A stretch of DNA of 32,000 nt from Geotalea uraniireducens Rf4 (GTDB lineage Bacteria; Desulfobacterota; Desulfuromonadia; Geobacterales; Geobacteraceae), in the NCBI RefSeq assembly GCF_000016745.1, contig NC_009483.1, positions 1,350,001-1,382,000 on the forward strand, written 5' to 3'. Of the stretch, positions 7,048 to 16,400 are shown piece by piece (position 1 is the stretch's first letter; the number at the start of each line of letters is the position of its first letter). The notes under the pieces are model-generated. The model saw only the letters and a list, made by a program, of their open reading frames with translations. It did no database searches and was not told where the DNA came from. The position numbers and the translations under genes were made by a program.

Positions 7048-7075
7048 AATTTATCCAATTGCATCCCATTGTCAA
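7048..7075 (-). promoter_or_regulatory. Candidate sigma-70 promoter for the outer-membrane barrel gene
   Basis: On the minus strand: TTGACA (7075-7070), 16-nt spacer, TAAATT (7053-7048), about 50 nt upstream of the ATG at 6997. Motif match only. Confidence 0.35.
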
Positions 7076-7088
7076 TGGATACCGGCGC

Positions 7089-7116
7089 TTGACATGAATA
7101 AATATGTATTTATTAT
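7089..7116 (+). promoter_or_regulatory. Candidate sigma-70 promoter for the SpvB/RHS locus
   Basis: Consensus TTGACA (7089-7094), 16-nt spacer, TATTAT (7111-7116), about 85 nt upstream of the ATG at 7200. Confidence 0.5.
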
Positions 7117-7199
7117 ATACGTCTAATAAGTGGTAGCCCAATAGTTATTCTTTGATCCGGTTTTGTCTCTCAAATTTGTTATTCGATGGGGGGAATGAA

Positions 7200-7541
7200 A
7201 TGGATATGAATCGATTCCGTGAAAAAAAGCTGTTTTGGTTAATCGTATGCTATGGGCTAATTTCCCTGATTTTTAGCGTCAATTGCTTCGCCGACGAGGC
7301 TGACGTCGGCTTTAACAGTTACCCCGAGCTCCCGGATTTGTCCTCTGACAGAGCAGTGCCGGACCTTTTCACCGGTACGATGAACTATGCGATCCCGATT
7401 AAGGCGCCGCCGGGCCGTAATGGGATGAGCCCTAACATAGCTCTAACCTACCGGAGCAGTAACGGCAACGGCCCGATCGGCATGGGGTGGGAAATTGAGA
7501 TGGGTGCAATTCAGCGCTCCACGCGCGGCGGTGTCGACTAA
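7200..7541 (+). CDS. Signal peptide plus the N-terminal part of an SpvB/TcaC-type (Tc toxin B-subunit N-terminal) domain; out of frame with the downstream RHS body
   Basis: GGGGGGA RBS, then ATG at 7200. Signal peptide MDMNRFREKKLFWLIVCYGLISLIFSVNCFA. SpvB-N signature: TGTMNYAIPIKAPPGRNGMSPNIALTYRSSNGNGPIGMGWEIEMGAIQRSTRGG. Stops at the TAA 7539-7541 in frame 3, while the RHS body is in frame 1 (open from 7447). Confidence 0.7.
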   Translation: MDMNRFREKKLFWLIVCYGLISLIFSVNCFADEADVGFNSYPELPDLSSDRAVPDLFTGTMNYAIPIKAPPGRNGMSPNIALTYRSSNGNGPIGMGWEIEMGAIQRSTRGGVD

Positions 7542-10500
7542 ACAGTCGTCTATTTCAAGCGGATGGCCGGATCAGACTTGGACCGGTCCGACCATATCTT
7601 CCACAGTATATGGTAACCCTGTAGCCAATCAATGTTTAGCCGGCGATTTCGAGGGTGACGGAAGGACCGACATAGTCTGCTATCCCGGCAACGGTGGGAC
7701 TTGGAATATGGCTCTATCCGGATTAGCAACAGAAACTGGGTGGTCTTCCATTATGTCCTGGTCCGGACCGACGCTTAATACAGGCTCTCCTACTGTCAGT
7801 GCCGGCTATGACTGTCTGACCGGCGATTTCGATGGTGACGGAAAAACCGATCTGACCTGCTGGGGCGGAAGCAGTACTTGGTATATGGCGTTATCTTCAA
7901 CAAGAACCGGCGCCGGATGGCAGACCCAGAACTGGGCTGGCCCAACGTTAACATTTTCGAACGTAGCTATTCTTGTGCCCGACAAATGTATAACCGGCGA
8001 TTTCAATGGCGACGGAAAGACAGCCCTGGCCTGCTTCGACAGCGGTGCATGGACATTGGCCTTATCCACTGGAAGAAGCTGGGAAGTTCCGAGCTGGAAT
8101 GGGGGCCCGGCAATTAGTCCAAATCTATCCATCAGAGATCAATGTATTTGGGGCGATTTCAACGGTGATGGGGTAACCGACGCGGCCTGCTATACCGGGG
8201 CATCGCCTTATAACTGGAATATGACACTGTCAATCTCAAACGCATGGATGCATCAGGATTTGGAAGGTCCAATACTGCAGAACTCCCATGTCGGCTATCA
8301 GTGTCTGACCGGCGACTTCAACGGCGACGGGAAAACCGACTTTGCCTGCCTCGATAACTATGGTTCCGGCAGCGGTGGAACCTGGAATGTGGCATTATCA
8401 TATGGAACCGGCTGGTATCAAAAGTATTTGCAGTGGGAGGGTCCGGCACCAAAACCAGATGTCCCCGTCGGCAGGCAGTGCACGGTCGGCGATTTCGACG
8501 GTAACGGGAAAACAGACGTGGCGTGCTATTCAGGCATCGGCGGAGCTTGGAATGTGGCTCTGTCATACGACGATCATTACTGGACAACCGACTTACTCAC
8601 CTCGATTTACAACGGTCTCGGCTCAAAAACCGACATCGAATACTGGCCTTCAACAGCTAGTGATCCGAATATTCAGCTTCCATGGCTGGACCATCATAAT
8701 CCCCGCCTTCCCTTTCCTGTCCATACAGTCCACTCCGTAACGACGTGCGACAACTACACAAGTTCAAGCTGTGTCGGCAATTCATCCGTGACAAACTACA
8801 GTTTTGCCGGCGGGTTCTATCAAATCTACGAACACGACTTTCGAGGGTTCAATTATGCGAAGGTCACCGGCCCTGCGGGGCCGGACGGTGAACAGAAAAT
8901 AGTCGAGACATGGTTCCACCAGGGAGACGACTTGGCTGTTGATGCGAATGATCCTGGCGCGCTATATGATGACACGAAGGGGAAACCGTACCGTACCCGC
9001 GTCTCAGGAATTGCGAATGGACAGGCGCTCGCAACGTACTCTGAGGTGGAGACAACCTATACTACCGTGGCTGATGCCTATCATGTAGCCCCAGGCCAGA
9101 TAGACATATACTGCTGCGCAGATGGCGTCTCAGGTGCATGTAAGGGCAGCACCAATGCCCGACATACGCAGACTTCTTACACCTATGATCAATACGGCAA
9201 CGTGAAGCGTGAAAACCAATACGGCGACGTAAGCGACCCAACCGATGACCGCACTGTTCTCAGAGGTTACGTCCAAAATCAAGACGCCTGGATCGTGGGC
9301 CTTCTCTCCAGTGAAACCGTTTATCAAGGCATTGGTCTGCAAACTCCGGTTTCCTCCACAAATTATGACTATGACGGGGCTACCGATTGCTCGACTTATT
9401 CGCCGACCACGTCACCGGTGAAGGGCAACCTCACCCGTGCCGTCCGTTGGTATAATGGGGGGACGAACACGGAGACCTGGACAAGATATGACGGTTACGG
9501 CAACCCAGTTTGCAGCAAGGATGCAAATGACAATATCACCAGAGTAAGCTACGACAACACTTTTACTTTCCCCAAAATAAGCACCAATCCCTTGGAACAG
9601 CCGACAACCACCCAGTATTACGGCGTGGATGGTGTACCTGCGGATTATGGACTCTATGGCCAGATAAAGAGCATCACTGACCCTAACAACGCTGTGACTT
9701 CTTATGAATATGATCGTTTCGGCAGAAGAACCAAAGCAAACAGGCCGAACTTCGAATGGACGGAGTGGAGGTATAATAGTTTCGGTACGGTCGGCTATCA
9801 GCATGTGCGGGTCAATACCTCCGCCGGCTTCTGGTCTGAGGATTATTTTGACGGTCTGGGGCGGACGTTCAAGGAAAGGAAGAGTGGGCCGGATGCGAAG
9901 ACCATTGTTGCCGACACCCGGTATGACAGACGCGGAGCCGTAGCGCAGGCGTCGCTCCCCTATTTCGAAGGAACTGAGACACCCAGGTACAAGTTGTTCA
10001 CCTACGATCCGATGGGCCGCGTAACACAGGCGACCAGCCCTGACCCGAACATTCGGATATTGTCCTGCTTTGATGAAGGGGTTATGGTGACCATCGACCC
10101 CAACAACCACCGCAAGCGGGAGAGCAGGGACGTTTACGGCCGCCTCGTGAAGGTGGAGGAATACACCGGGACCTATGCCGCCTGTTCGACGGAGGCAGGG
10201 ACCCCGTATGCAACTACCAGCTACAGTTACGACGTGCTGGGGAACCTCCGTTTCGTGACCGACACCAAGGGGAACCAGACCGAGATGCGCTACGACACCC
10301 TCGGTCGTAAATACTACATGAAAGACCCTGACATGGGTGCGTGGAGCTATGGCTACGCCGCAAACGGCAACCTGACTGCCCAAACAGATGCCGATAGCCA
10401 GACCATCCGGTTCACCTACGACCCGTTGAACAGGATCACCCTTAAGGACTACCCCAGCGGCACAGACGTCGTCTATACCTATGACGAATCATTTTCCTCA

Positions 10501-12261
10501 AACCCCCTGGGTCGCCTCACCACCATGACCGACGAGTCGGGAAACACTAAATATTTCTACGACTCGTTAGGGAGGATTACAAAAACAGTTAAGACAGTGG
10601 ATGGGAAAAGCTATACGATCGAAGTTGGGTACACAAAGTTCGACAGGATCTGGTACATTAATTACCCGGACACTGAGCAAGTCCTCTACGAATATGACAC
10701 GGGCGGAAACATCTACAAGGTGGGTAACTACGCCACTTTTACCAATTACAACGCCCTCGGTCAGCCGGGCTCCCTCAACTTCGGCAACGGCGTGAGCACC
10801 ATTTATCAGTACTATCCCCTCAACAACCGCCTTTACTCAATCACCACCAACAGCCCGACCCAGGGCCTCATCAACCTTTCCTATGGCTACGACAATCAGG
10901 GAAACATCACCAGCATCACCGATCACCTCAACGCGTCCATCCCGCACAACTTCACTGGCAGAAGCTTCACCCTCTATCCAGGCAAGGCTCACGCCTACGG
11001 CATCACCGGCACAGGTTTCCAGTACGGCCCCAGCGGGAACATGACCAACAACGGTCAGTACAGCATCCTCTACACCTACGACAACATGCCCCGTTCCATA
11101 GGGGGGGCGGTAAGCTACGTCTACGACGGCAACGGAAGCAGGGTGAAGAAGATCACCCCTGCAACCACAAGGACTTACTTGGATAAGTTCTATGAGTGCG
11201 TTGGAGATGTCTGCGGCAAATACATATTTGCCGGTAATACCAGGATTGTGCTGAAGAGTTCCTTGGGGACCTATTACTACCACCAGGACCACCTGGGGAG
11301 CACCGTTGCAGCGACCGACACGGGCGGCAACAAGGCGGAAAACATCGCCTATTATCCCTTCGGTGAAAGCAGGTCGGATACCGGCAGCACTGGGGTGATC
11401 CACAAATACACCTCGCAGGAGCTGGACTATGAGACAGGGCTCTACAACTACAACGCACGGCTGTATTATCCGGAGATCGGGAGGTTTATTACTGCGGATA
11501 CGATTGTGCCTGATTATGCGAATCCGCAGAGTCTGAACAGGTACGCTTATGTTCAAAATAATCCTATGAATTATGTGGATCCAACTGGTCATGAAGATAT
11601 TTATATTCTTAGAGATGTTTTTGAATTGTCGAATATACAAACAGGTCCTTCACTAGCTGATACCTTTATCGAAGATTTGCCAGGGGATGCCAACGGATTA
11701 TATTTGCCATATCCGTATTTAGGTGAAGTCAATACGGGGACACCTTTCCTCAATTCAGCTGTAAATGGGGTTATCTCAGACTTCTCAACAGCCGCTTATT
11801 ATGGAAATATTACTTATAGTATTCTCGGCTTAAATAATGTCAATCTACAAGATCTGAGCAGGGCCAATGACTACCTAACCGCTGGGTCTCTAGCACTCAT
11901 GCTATTTCCTCCTACAGCTCCTTTTGGTGCGGCCGCGCTCACAACAACTGGTTTAGTTGGCGTAAGTTTAGGCGTTACGGAGGGTATTATAACAAGTAGT
12001 GCCAATAAAATATTATCAAGTGCGGCTGAGTTCAGCATAGGGATGGGAGCAGGAAGATTGGCAAGGAGAGTAGCTGGCCTAACTGCTGTTAAATTCAATT
12101 TTAAGGCGAGCAGATACTATTCAGAGGCAACAGGTAGATTCGTAAGAACTAGTACAGGTCTAAACAGCTCCCAATTAAAAGAAGGAGCAGGGGCAATTTC
12201 TTCAATACCGTTCAAGCTGTCTCCCAATAATGACCCTTCTCAAGCAGGAGGTAGGCAATAG
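7495..12261 (+). CDS. Fused TcB/TcC-like RHS (YD-repeat) polymorphic toxin: six FG-GAP/VCBS-type repeats, a TcdB-middle-like region, YD repeats, an RHS core and a variable C-terminal toxin domain
   Basis: Six repeats of about 48 aa ending C-x-x-GDF-[DNE]-G-[DN]-G-x-T-[DA]-x-x-C. TcdB-mid-like segments: LTSIYNGLGSKTDIEYWPST, YEHDFRGFNYAKV, ETWFHQGD. More than 12 YD repeats (YTYDQYGNV, YEYDRFGRR, YSYDVLGNL, YGYDNQGNI ...). RHS core: YYYHQDHLGSTVAATD...YYPFGE...YNARLYYPEIGRFITADT...NRYAYVQNNPMNYVDPTGHE. The true start is uncertain; the 7495 TTG is only the ORF-track start. Confidence 0.9.
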   Translation: MRWVQFSAPRAAVSTKQSSISSGWPDQTWTGPTISSTVYGNPVANQCLAGDFEGDGRTDIVCYPGNGGTWNMALSGLATETGWSSIMSWSGPTLNTGSPTVSAGYDCLTGDFDGDGKTDLTCWGGSSTWYMALSSTRTGAGWQTQNWAGPTLTFSNVAILVPDKCITGDFNGDGKTALACFDSGAWTLALSTGRSWEVPSWNGGPAISPNLSIRDQCIWGDFNGDGVTDAACYTGASPYNWNMTLSISNAWMHQDLEGPILQNSHVGYQCLTGDFNGDGKTDFACLDNYGSGSGGTWNVALSYGTGWYQKYLQWEGPAPKPDVPVGRQCTVGDFDGNGKTDVACYSGIGGAWNVALSYDDHYWTTDLLTSIYNGLGSKTDIEYWPSTASDPNIQLPWLDHHNPRLPFPVHTVHSVTTCDNYTSSSCVGNSSVTNYSFAGGFYQIYEHDFRGFNYAKVTGPAGPDGEQKIVETWFHQGDDLAVDANDPGALYDDTKGKPYRTRVSGIANGQALATYSEVETTYTTVADAYHVAPGQIDIYCCADGVSGACKGSTNARHTQTSYTYDQYGNVKRENQYGDVSDPTDDRTVLRGYVQNQDAWIVGLLSSETVYQGIGLQTPVSSTNYDYDGATDCSTYSPTTSPVKGNLTRAVRWYNGGTNTETWTRYDGYGNPVCSKDANDNITRVSYDNTFTFPKISTNPLEQPTTTQYYGVDGVPADYGLYGQIKSITDPNNAVTSYEYDRFGRRTKANRPNFEWTEWRYNSFGTVGYQHVRVNTSAGFWSEDYFDGLGRTFKERKSGPDAKTIVADTRYDRRGAVAQASLPYFEGTETPRYKLFTYDPMGRVTQATSPDPNIRILSCFDEGVMVTIDPNNHRKRESRDVYGRLVKVEEYTGTYAACSTEAGTPYATTSYSYDVLGNLRFVTDTKGNQTEMRYDTLGRKYYMKDPDMGAWSYGYAANGNLTAQTDADSQTIRFTYDPLNRITLKDYPSGTDVVYTYDESFSSNPLGRLTTMTDESGNTKYFYDSLGRITKTVKTVDGKSYTIEVGYTKFDRIWYINYPDTEQVLYEYDTGGNIYKVGNYATFTNYNALGQPGSLNFGNGVSTIYQYYPLNNRLYSITTNSPTQGLINLSYGYDNQGNITSITDHLNASIPHNFTGRSFTLYPGKAHAYGITGTGFQYGPSGNMTNNGQYSILYTYDNMPRSIGGAVSYVYDGNGSRVKKITPATTRTYLDKFYECVGDVCGKYIFAGNTRIVLKSSLGTYYYHQDHLGSTVAATDTGGNKAENIAYYPFGESRSDTGSTGVIHKYTSQELDYETGLYNYNARLYYPEIGRFITADTIVPDYANPQSLNRYAYVQNNPMNYVDPTGHEDIYILRDVFELSNIQTGPSLADTFIEDLPGDANGLYLPYPYLGEVNTGTPFLNSAVNGVISDFSTAAYYGNITYSILGLNNVNLQDLSRANDYLTAGSLALMLFPPTAPFGAAALTTTGLVGVSLGVTEGIITSSANKILSSAAEFSIGMGAGRLARRVAGLTAVKFNFKASRYYSEATGRFVRTSTGLNSSQLKEGAGAISSIPFKLSPNNDPSQAGGRQ

Positions 12262-12313
12262 TGATGCAATATGGATTTCGGAGCACCAATGATAAATAAT
12301 TGAGGAGTTGCAT

Positions 12314-12511
12314 ATGTTAGATCAAATTATAAAACTAATACTTACTGCTATGATTGGGATAGGTACATTAGCATGGGGAGTTCATGGTATTGCTAATAAG
12401 AAAAAGATCAAAGACCGAGCCGATTACATTTTGTCAGTGGGGCAGGTATTGGGTGGTATCGTGATTATTATAGCTGTAATAATATATTCAATATTCAAAT
12501 TAAAACCCTGA
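12314..12511 (+). CDS. Small 2-TM membrane protein (65 aa); candidate cognate immunity protein for the RHS C-terminal toxin
   Basis: GAGGAG RBS (12302-12307), then ATG at 12314, 50 nt after the RHS stop. Two hydrophobic helices, IIKLILTAMIGIGTLAWGVHGI and VGQVLGGIVIIIAVIIYSIF, separated by KKKIKDRAD. AT-rich like the toxin-encoding end of the RHS gene. Confidence 0.6.
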   Translation: MLDQIIKLILTAMIGIGTLAWGVHGIANKKKIKDRADYILSVGQVLGGIVIIIAVIIYSIFKLKP

Positions 12512-12527
12512 TTACTTGGAGAGATAA

Positions 12528-13202
12528 ATGAAAAAGTATCTAGTTTTCATTGTGATGGCTGCGGTTTTATGCACACTTTCAGATATCGCCATGGCGGACA
12601 GTATCAAAGGTAGATTGGGCGTAACAGGACGGCTCGGGTTCATGGTTCCTTCCGGCAGCGAATTTACAAAAGTATCCCAATACACCATTATCCCTTCATT
12701 TTCTGTAGCTGTGCCCGAGACTGGTAAAGGAAAAGCTGACACGGCCTTTGCCGGAGGTGGCGGCTTTATTTACGGCATCACCGACAACTTTGCTCTTGAG
12801 GCTGATGTTACCCATACCCCCAATATTAACTATGTTTTTTTAGGACAAAAATCAGTAAGAATCACTACTACTAACGTTTCTCTAGGCTTCCAATACCGCT
12901 TCATTCCTGAGAGCAGGCTTGTACCTTACCTGGGGGCCGGAGTGGATTTCATTATCAGCGATGGCAAATACCAAGGCAGGGATGAATTGGATATTGAAAC
13001 CCTTGTCGGCGACCATGTGAATGCCGGCGTTGATTTCTTCGTCACGAAACACATTGCCCTGAATGCCGATATCAGAGGTGTTCTGGCTCCCAAGGCAGAA
13101 GTCAACAACCGAAACTTATCGCTTCCGGAGAATTTGAAAACAGGCGAATACGATCCGATCAGCTTTGTCGCCCTTTTCGGCGTGAGGTTCTTTTTATACT
13201 GA
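12528..13202 (+). CDS. Small outer-membrane beta-barrel protein (OmpW/OmpA-beta-barrel-like, 224 aa)
   Basis: GGAGAG RBS. Signal peptide MKKYLVFIVMAAVLCTLSDIAMA. Alternating beta-strand pattern (GGGGFIYGITDNFALEADV, VSLGFQYRF, YLGAGVDFIISD, NAGVDFFVTKHIALNADIRGV). C-terminal aromatic signature GVRFFLY. Confidence 0.8.
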   Translation: MKKYLVFIVMAAVLCTLSDIAMADSIKGRLGVTGRLGFMVPSGSEFTKVSQYTIIPSFSVAVPETGKGKADTAFAGGGGFIYGITDNFALEADVTHTPNINYVFLGQKSVRITTTNVSLGFQYRFIPESRLVPYLGAGVDFIISDGKYQGRDELDIETLVGDHVNAGVDFFVTKHIALNADIRGVLAPKAEVNNRNLSLPENLKTGEYDPISFVALFGVRFFLY

Positions 13203-13280
13203 GGAGTGCCGCAAAAGGCAGATCTGTGTAATTTGACAATAACGCAATACTTTAAATGCATTGCATGAGAGGGCCAGCAT

Positions 13281-13388
13281 ATGTCAATCAAACCAAAGTT
13301 CAAGGCATTAGTGACGTTGCTTATAATCGTTGTCAGTGTAATGTCTGCATCCGTGGCTTACGCAGCGGTGGCAACGTACAGCTATTGA
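13281..13388 (+). CDS. Orphaned signal-peptide segment of the downstream giant surface protein (35 codons, ends at an in-frame TGA created by an apparent 1-nt frameshift)
   Basis: GAGAGGG RBS, ATG at 13281, translation MSIKPKFKALVTLLIIVVSVMSASVAYAAVATYSY, stop TGA at 13386-13388. Deleting one T of TATT (13383-13386) joins it in frame to the 13402..18813 ORF and completes a YD repeat. Confidence 0.7.
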   Translation: MSIKPKFKALVTLLIIVVSVMSASVAYAAVATYSY

Positions 13389-13401
13389 CGAACTGAACCG
13401 T

Positions 13402-16400
13402 TTGACACGGGTGGACTATGACGATGGGACATATATTGCTTACACTTATGACGAGATTGGGAATCGGCTAAATACTACTACAAATGCTCCCAGCGATACT
13501 ACCCCGCCGACGGGGACAGTCGCAATAAACGGCGGATCGCCTGTCACCACTTCAACTGCCGTAACACTTTCGCTTAGCTGCAGCGATGCTAACGGCTGCG
13601 CTCAAATGCAATTCAGTAACGATAACGCAACTTGGTCGACGGTGGAAGCTTTTACGTCCACAAAGGCCTGGACATTGATCACAGGAGAAGGCGCAAAGAC
13701 AGTCTATGTAAAATTCAAGGATACTGTCGGGAACTGGTCAACCGCAGTCGGTGATGCCATCGTGTTTGACACAACAGCCCCAACAACCACCGCTTCGCCT
13801 ACAGGGGGGACATACACTACATCTTTATCGGTGACCCTGATGTGCAACGACGGGACAGGAGGCGGTTGCGACAAAATCTACTATACGACCGACGGCACAA
13901 TACCCACGACGTCATCGAGCGTTTATTCAGCCCCAATACCCATGTCAGAGCCTACAACATTGAAATTTCTCGCGATAGACCTCGCCGGCTACAGCGAAGC
14001 GGTGAAGACGCAGACCTACACAATCGACACTATGCGGCCGACCGGTTCAGTATCAATTAACGGAGGTGCAAATTATACCAACGCTTCAACCGTAACATTA
14101 ACCCTTTCCTGCACTGACAATTCAGGTTGTGACTATATGGAAATCTCGAACTATAACACTGTCTGGCAGGGACCATATGCGACAACCAAGGTATGGACTC
14201 TTCTTCCATCAGGAGACGGCGCCAAGACAGTCTACGTCAACTTCAGGGATACGGCGGGCAACTGGATGTCAACTTCCGTCAGTGCCACCATTGTGCTCGA
14301 TACAACGGTCCCGGTGACCACCGTTTCGCCGACAGAGGGGACGTATAACGCCACCAAGTTGGTGACCCTGACATGCGGTGACGGGACGGGAGCAGGGTGC
14401 GACAAAATCTACTATACAACGGACGGTACAACGCCAACCACTGCATCGAGCGTTTATGCAGGAGCAATAACCGTAGCAGCAACCACGACACTGAAGTACT
14501 TCGCCACCGACGCTGCCGGCAACAGCGAAGCAGTGAAAAGTAAAGCATACATCATAGACACGACGCTGCCGGTAACTACTGTTTCACCGGCAGGAGGGGC
14601 GTACAATACCAGCCAGACGATATCCCTGACCTGCAGCGACGGCGCAGGAACAGGTTGTGATAAGATCTATTACACAACCAATGGTACAACCCCAACCACG
14701 TCGTCGAGCGTCTATTCAACCCCAATATCCGTGTCAACGACTACGACATTGAAGTTCTTTGCAACAGACCTTGCCGGTAACACTGAGGTTGTGAAAAACC
14801 AGACTTACACTATCGATATAACACCGCCGACCGGCACCGTAACGATCAATGCTGGAGCAAACTATACCAACACCGCGGCCGCAACGTTGACCCTTTCCTG
14901 CAACGACAGTGTTGGTTGCGACCAGATGCAGTTCAGCAACGACAACGCGAGCTGGTCGTCGCCTGAAACGCATATGACAACCAAGGTGTGGACCTTGGTC
15001 CTAGGAGATGGCACCAAGACCGTCTACGCCAAATTCAAGGACATGGCGGGCAACTGGTCAACCGCCGTCAGCGACACAATCGTATTTGATGCAACTGCAC
15101 CGGTGACCACCGCTTCGCCGGCGGGAGGGGTGTATAACGCCGCCAAGTCGGTAACTATGACATGCGGTGACGGGACGGGAGCAGGGTGCGACAAAATCTA
15201 CTATACAACCGACGGTACGACACCAACCACTGCATCGAGCGTTTATTCAGGAGCAATAACCGTAGCTGCAACCGCGACACTGAAGTACTTCGCGACCGAC
15301 CTTGTCGGAAACAGCGAAACGGTTAAGTCCCAGACTTACACCATCGACACTACGCCTCCGGTGACTGCCGCTTCACCTGGTAGCGGCGCATACAATACCA
15401 GCCAGACAGTGACCCTGGCCTGTAATGACGGTGTTGGTTCAGGTTGCGACAAAATTTACTACACAACTAACGGAGCCACCCCAACCACGTCATCGAGTGT
15501 CTATTCAACCCCGGTAACCGTGTCCGCGACCACGACGTTGAAGTTTTTTGCAACAGACCTCGTCGGCAACAACGAAACAGTGAAGACCCAGACCTATACC
15601 ATCGACACAACGCCGCCGACCGGCACCATCACAGTCAATAGTGGGGCAGCTTATGTCACAGCAGCAAACGTGACGCTGGCCCTTTCCTGCACCGACAGTG
15701 TTGGTTGCAGCCAGATGCAGTTCAGTAACGACAATTCCAACTGGTCGTCGCCTGAGTCATACGCGACGACCAAGGCGTGGACCCTGGCCACCGGAGACGG
15801 AAACAAAACGGTGTACGTCAAGTTCAAGGATACGGCGGGCAACTGGTCAACAGTTTACAGCGATACTATTTTGCTTGACGCAACAGCACCGGTAACAACC
15901 GCTTCACCTGCCGGAGGGTTCTACAATACCAGCAAGACTGTGACCCTGACGAGTAACGACGGTGCCGGGTTGGGCGTTGACAAGATTTACTATACCATCG
16001 ACGGCACCACCCCCACCACATCGTCGAGCGTCTATGCAGACCCGATTAACATTACGGCCACAACCACCTTGAAGTTTTTTGCCACCGACCTGGCCGGCCA
16101 CACAGAGACGGTGAAAACCAAGACCTACACCATTGACGTCATTGCGCCAACCGTAACCATTACTTCTCCTGCACTTGGCACAACCAACGACAATTCTCCC
16201 CTTCTGACCTATACTACAAATGACGGAACGTGGGTGTCTAATGTTGTAGTCAAGGTGGATGGCGTTATCGTAAGCAAGGTTTCCGGTTACAGTCTGGCTC
16301 CATTGGCTGATGGCATCCATACCGTACGGGTAGAAGCAACTGATTTGGCTGGCAATACCGGCTTTGCCGAAGTAGTCTTTACGGTTGCCCTTGCCTTTAC

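Noticed and set aside
9412-11640. Long minus-strand ORFs (9412..10383, 10837..11640, 11153..11458) inside the RHS gene
   Set aside because: They are antisense to an ORF with unambiguous YD-repeat/RHS-core content. The translations are low-complexity (V/G/R-rich) with no recognisable motifs or translation signals.
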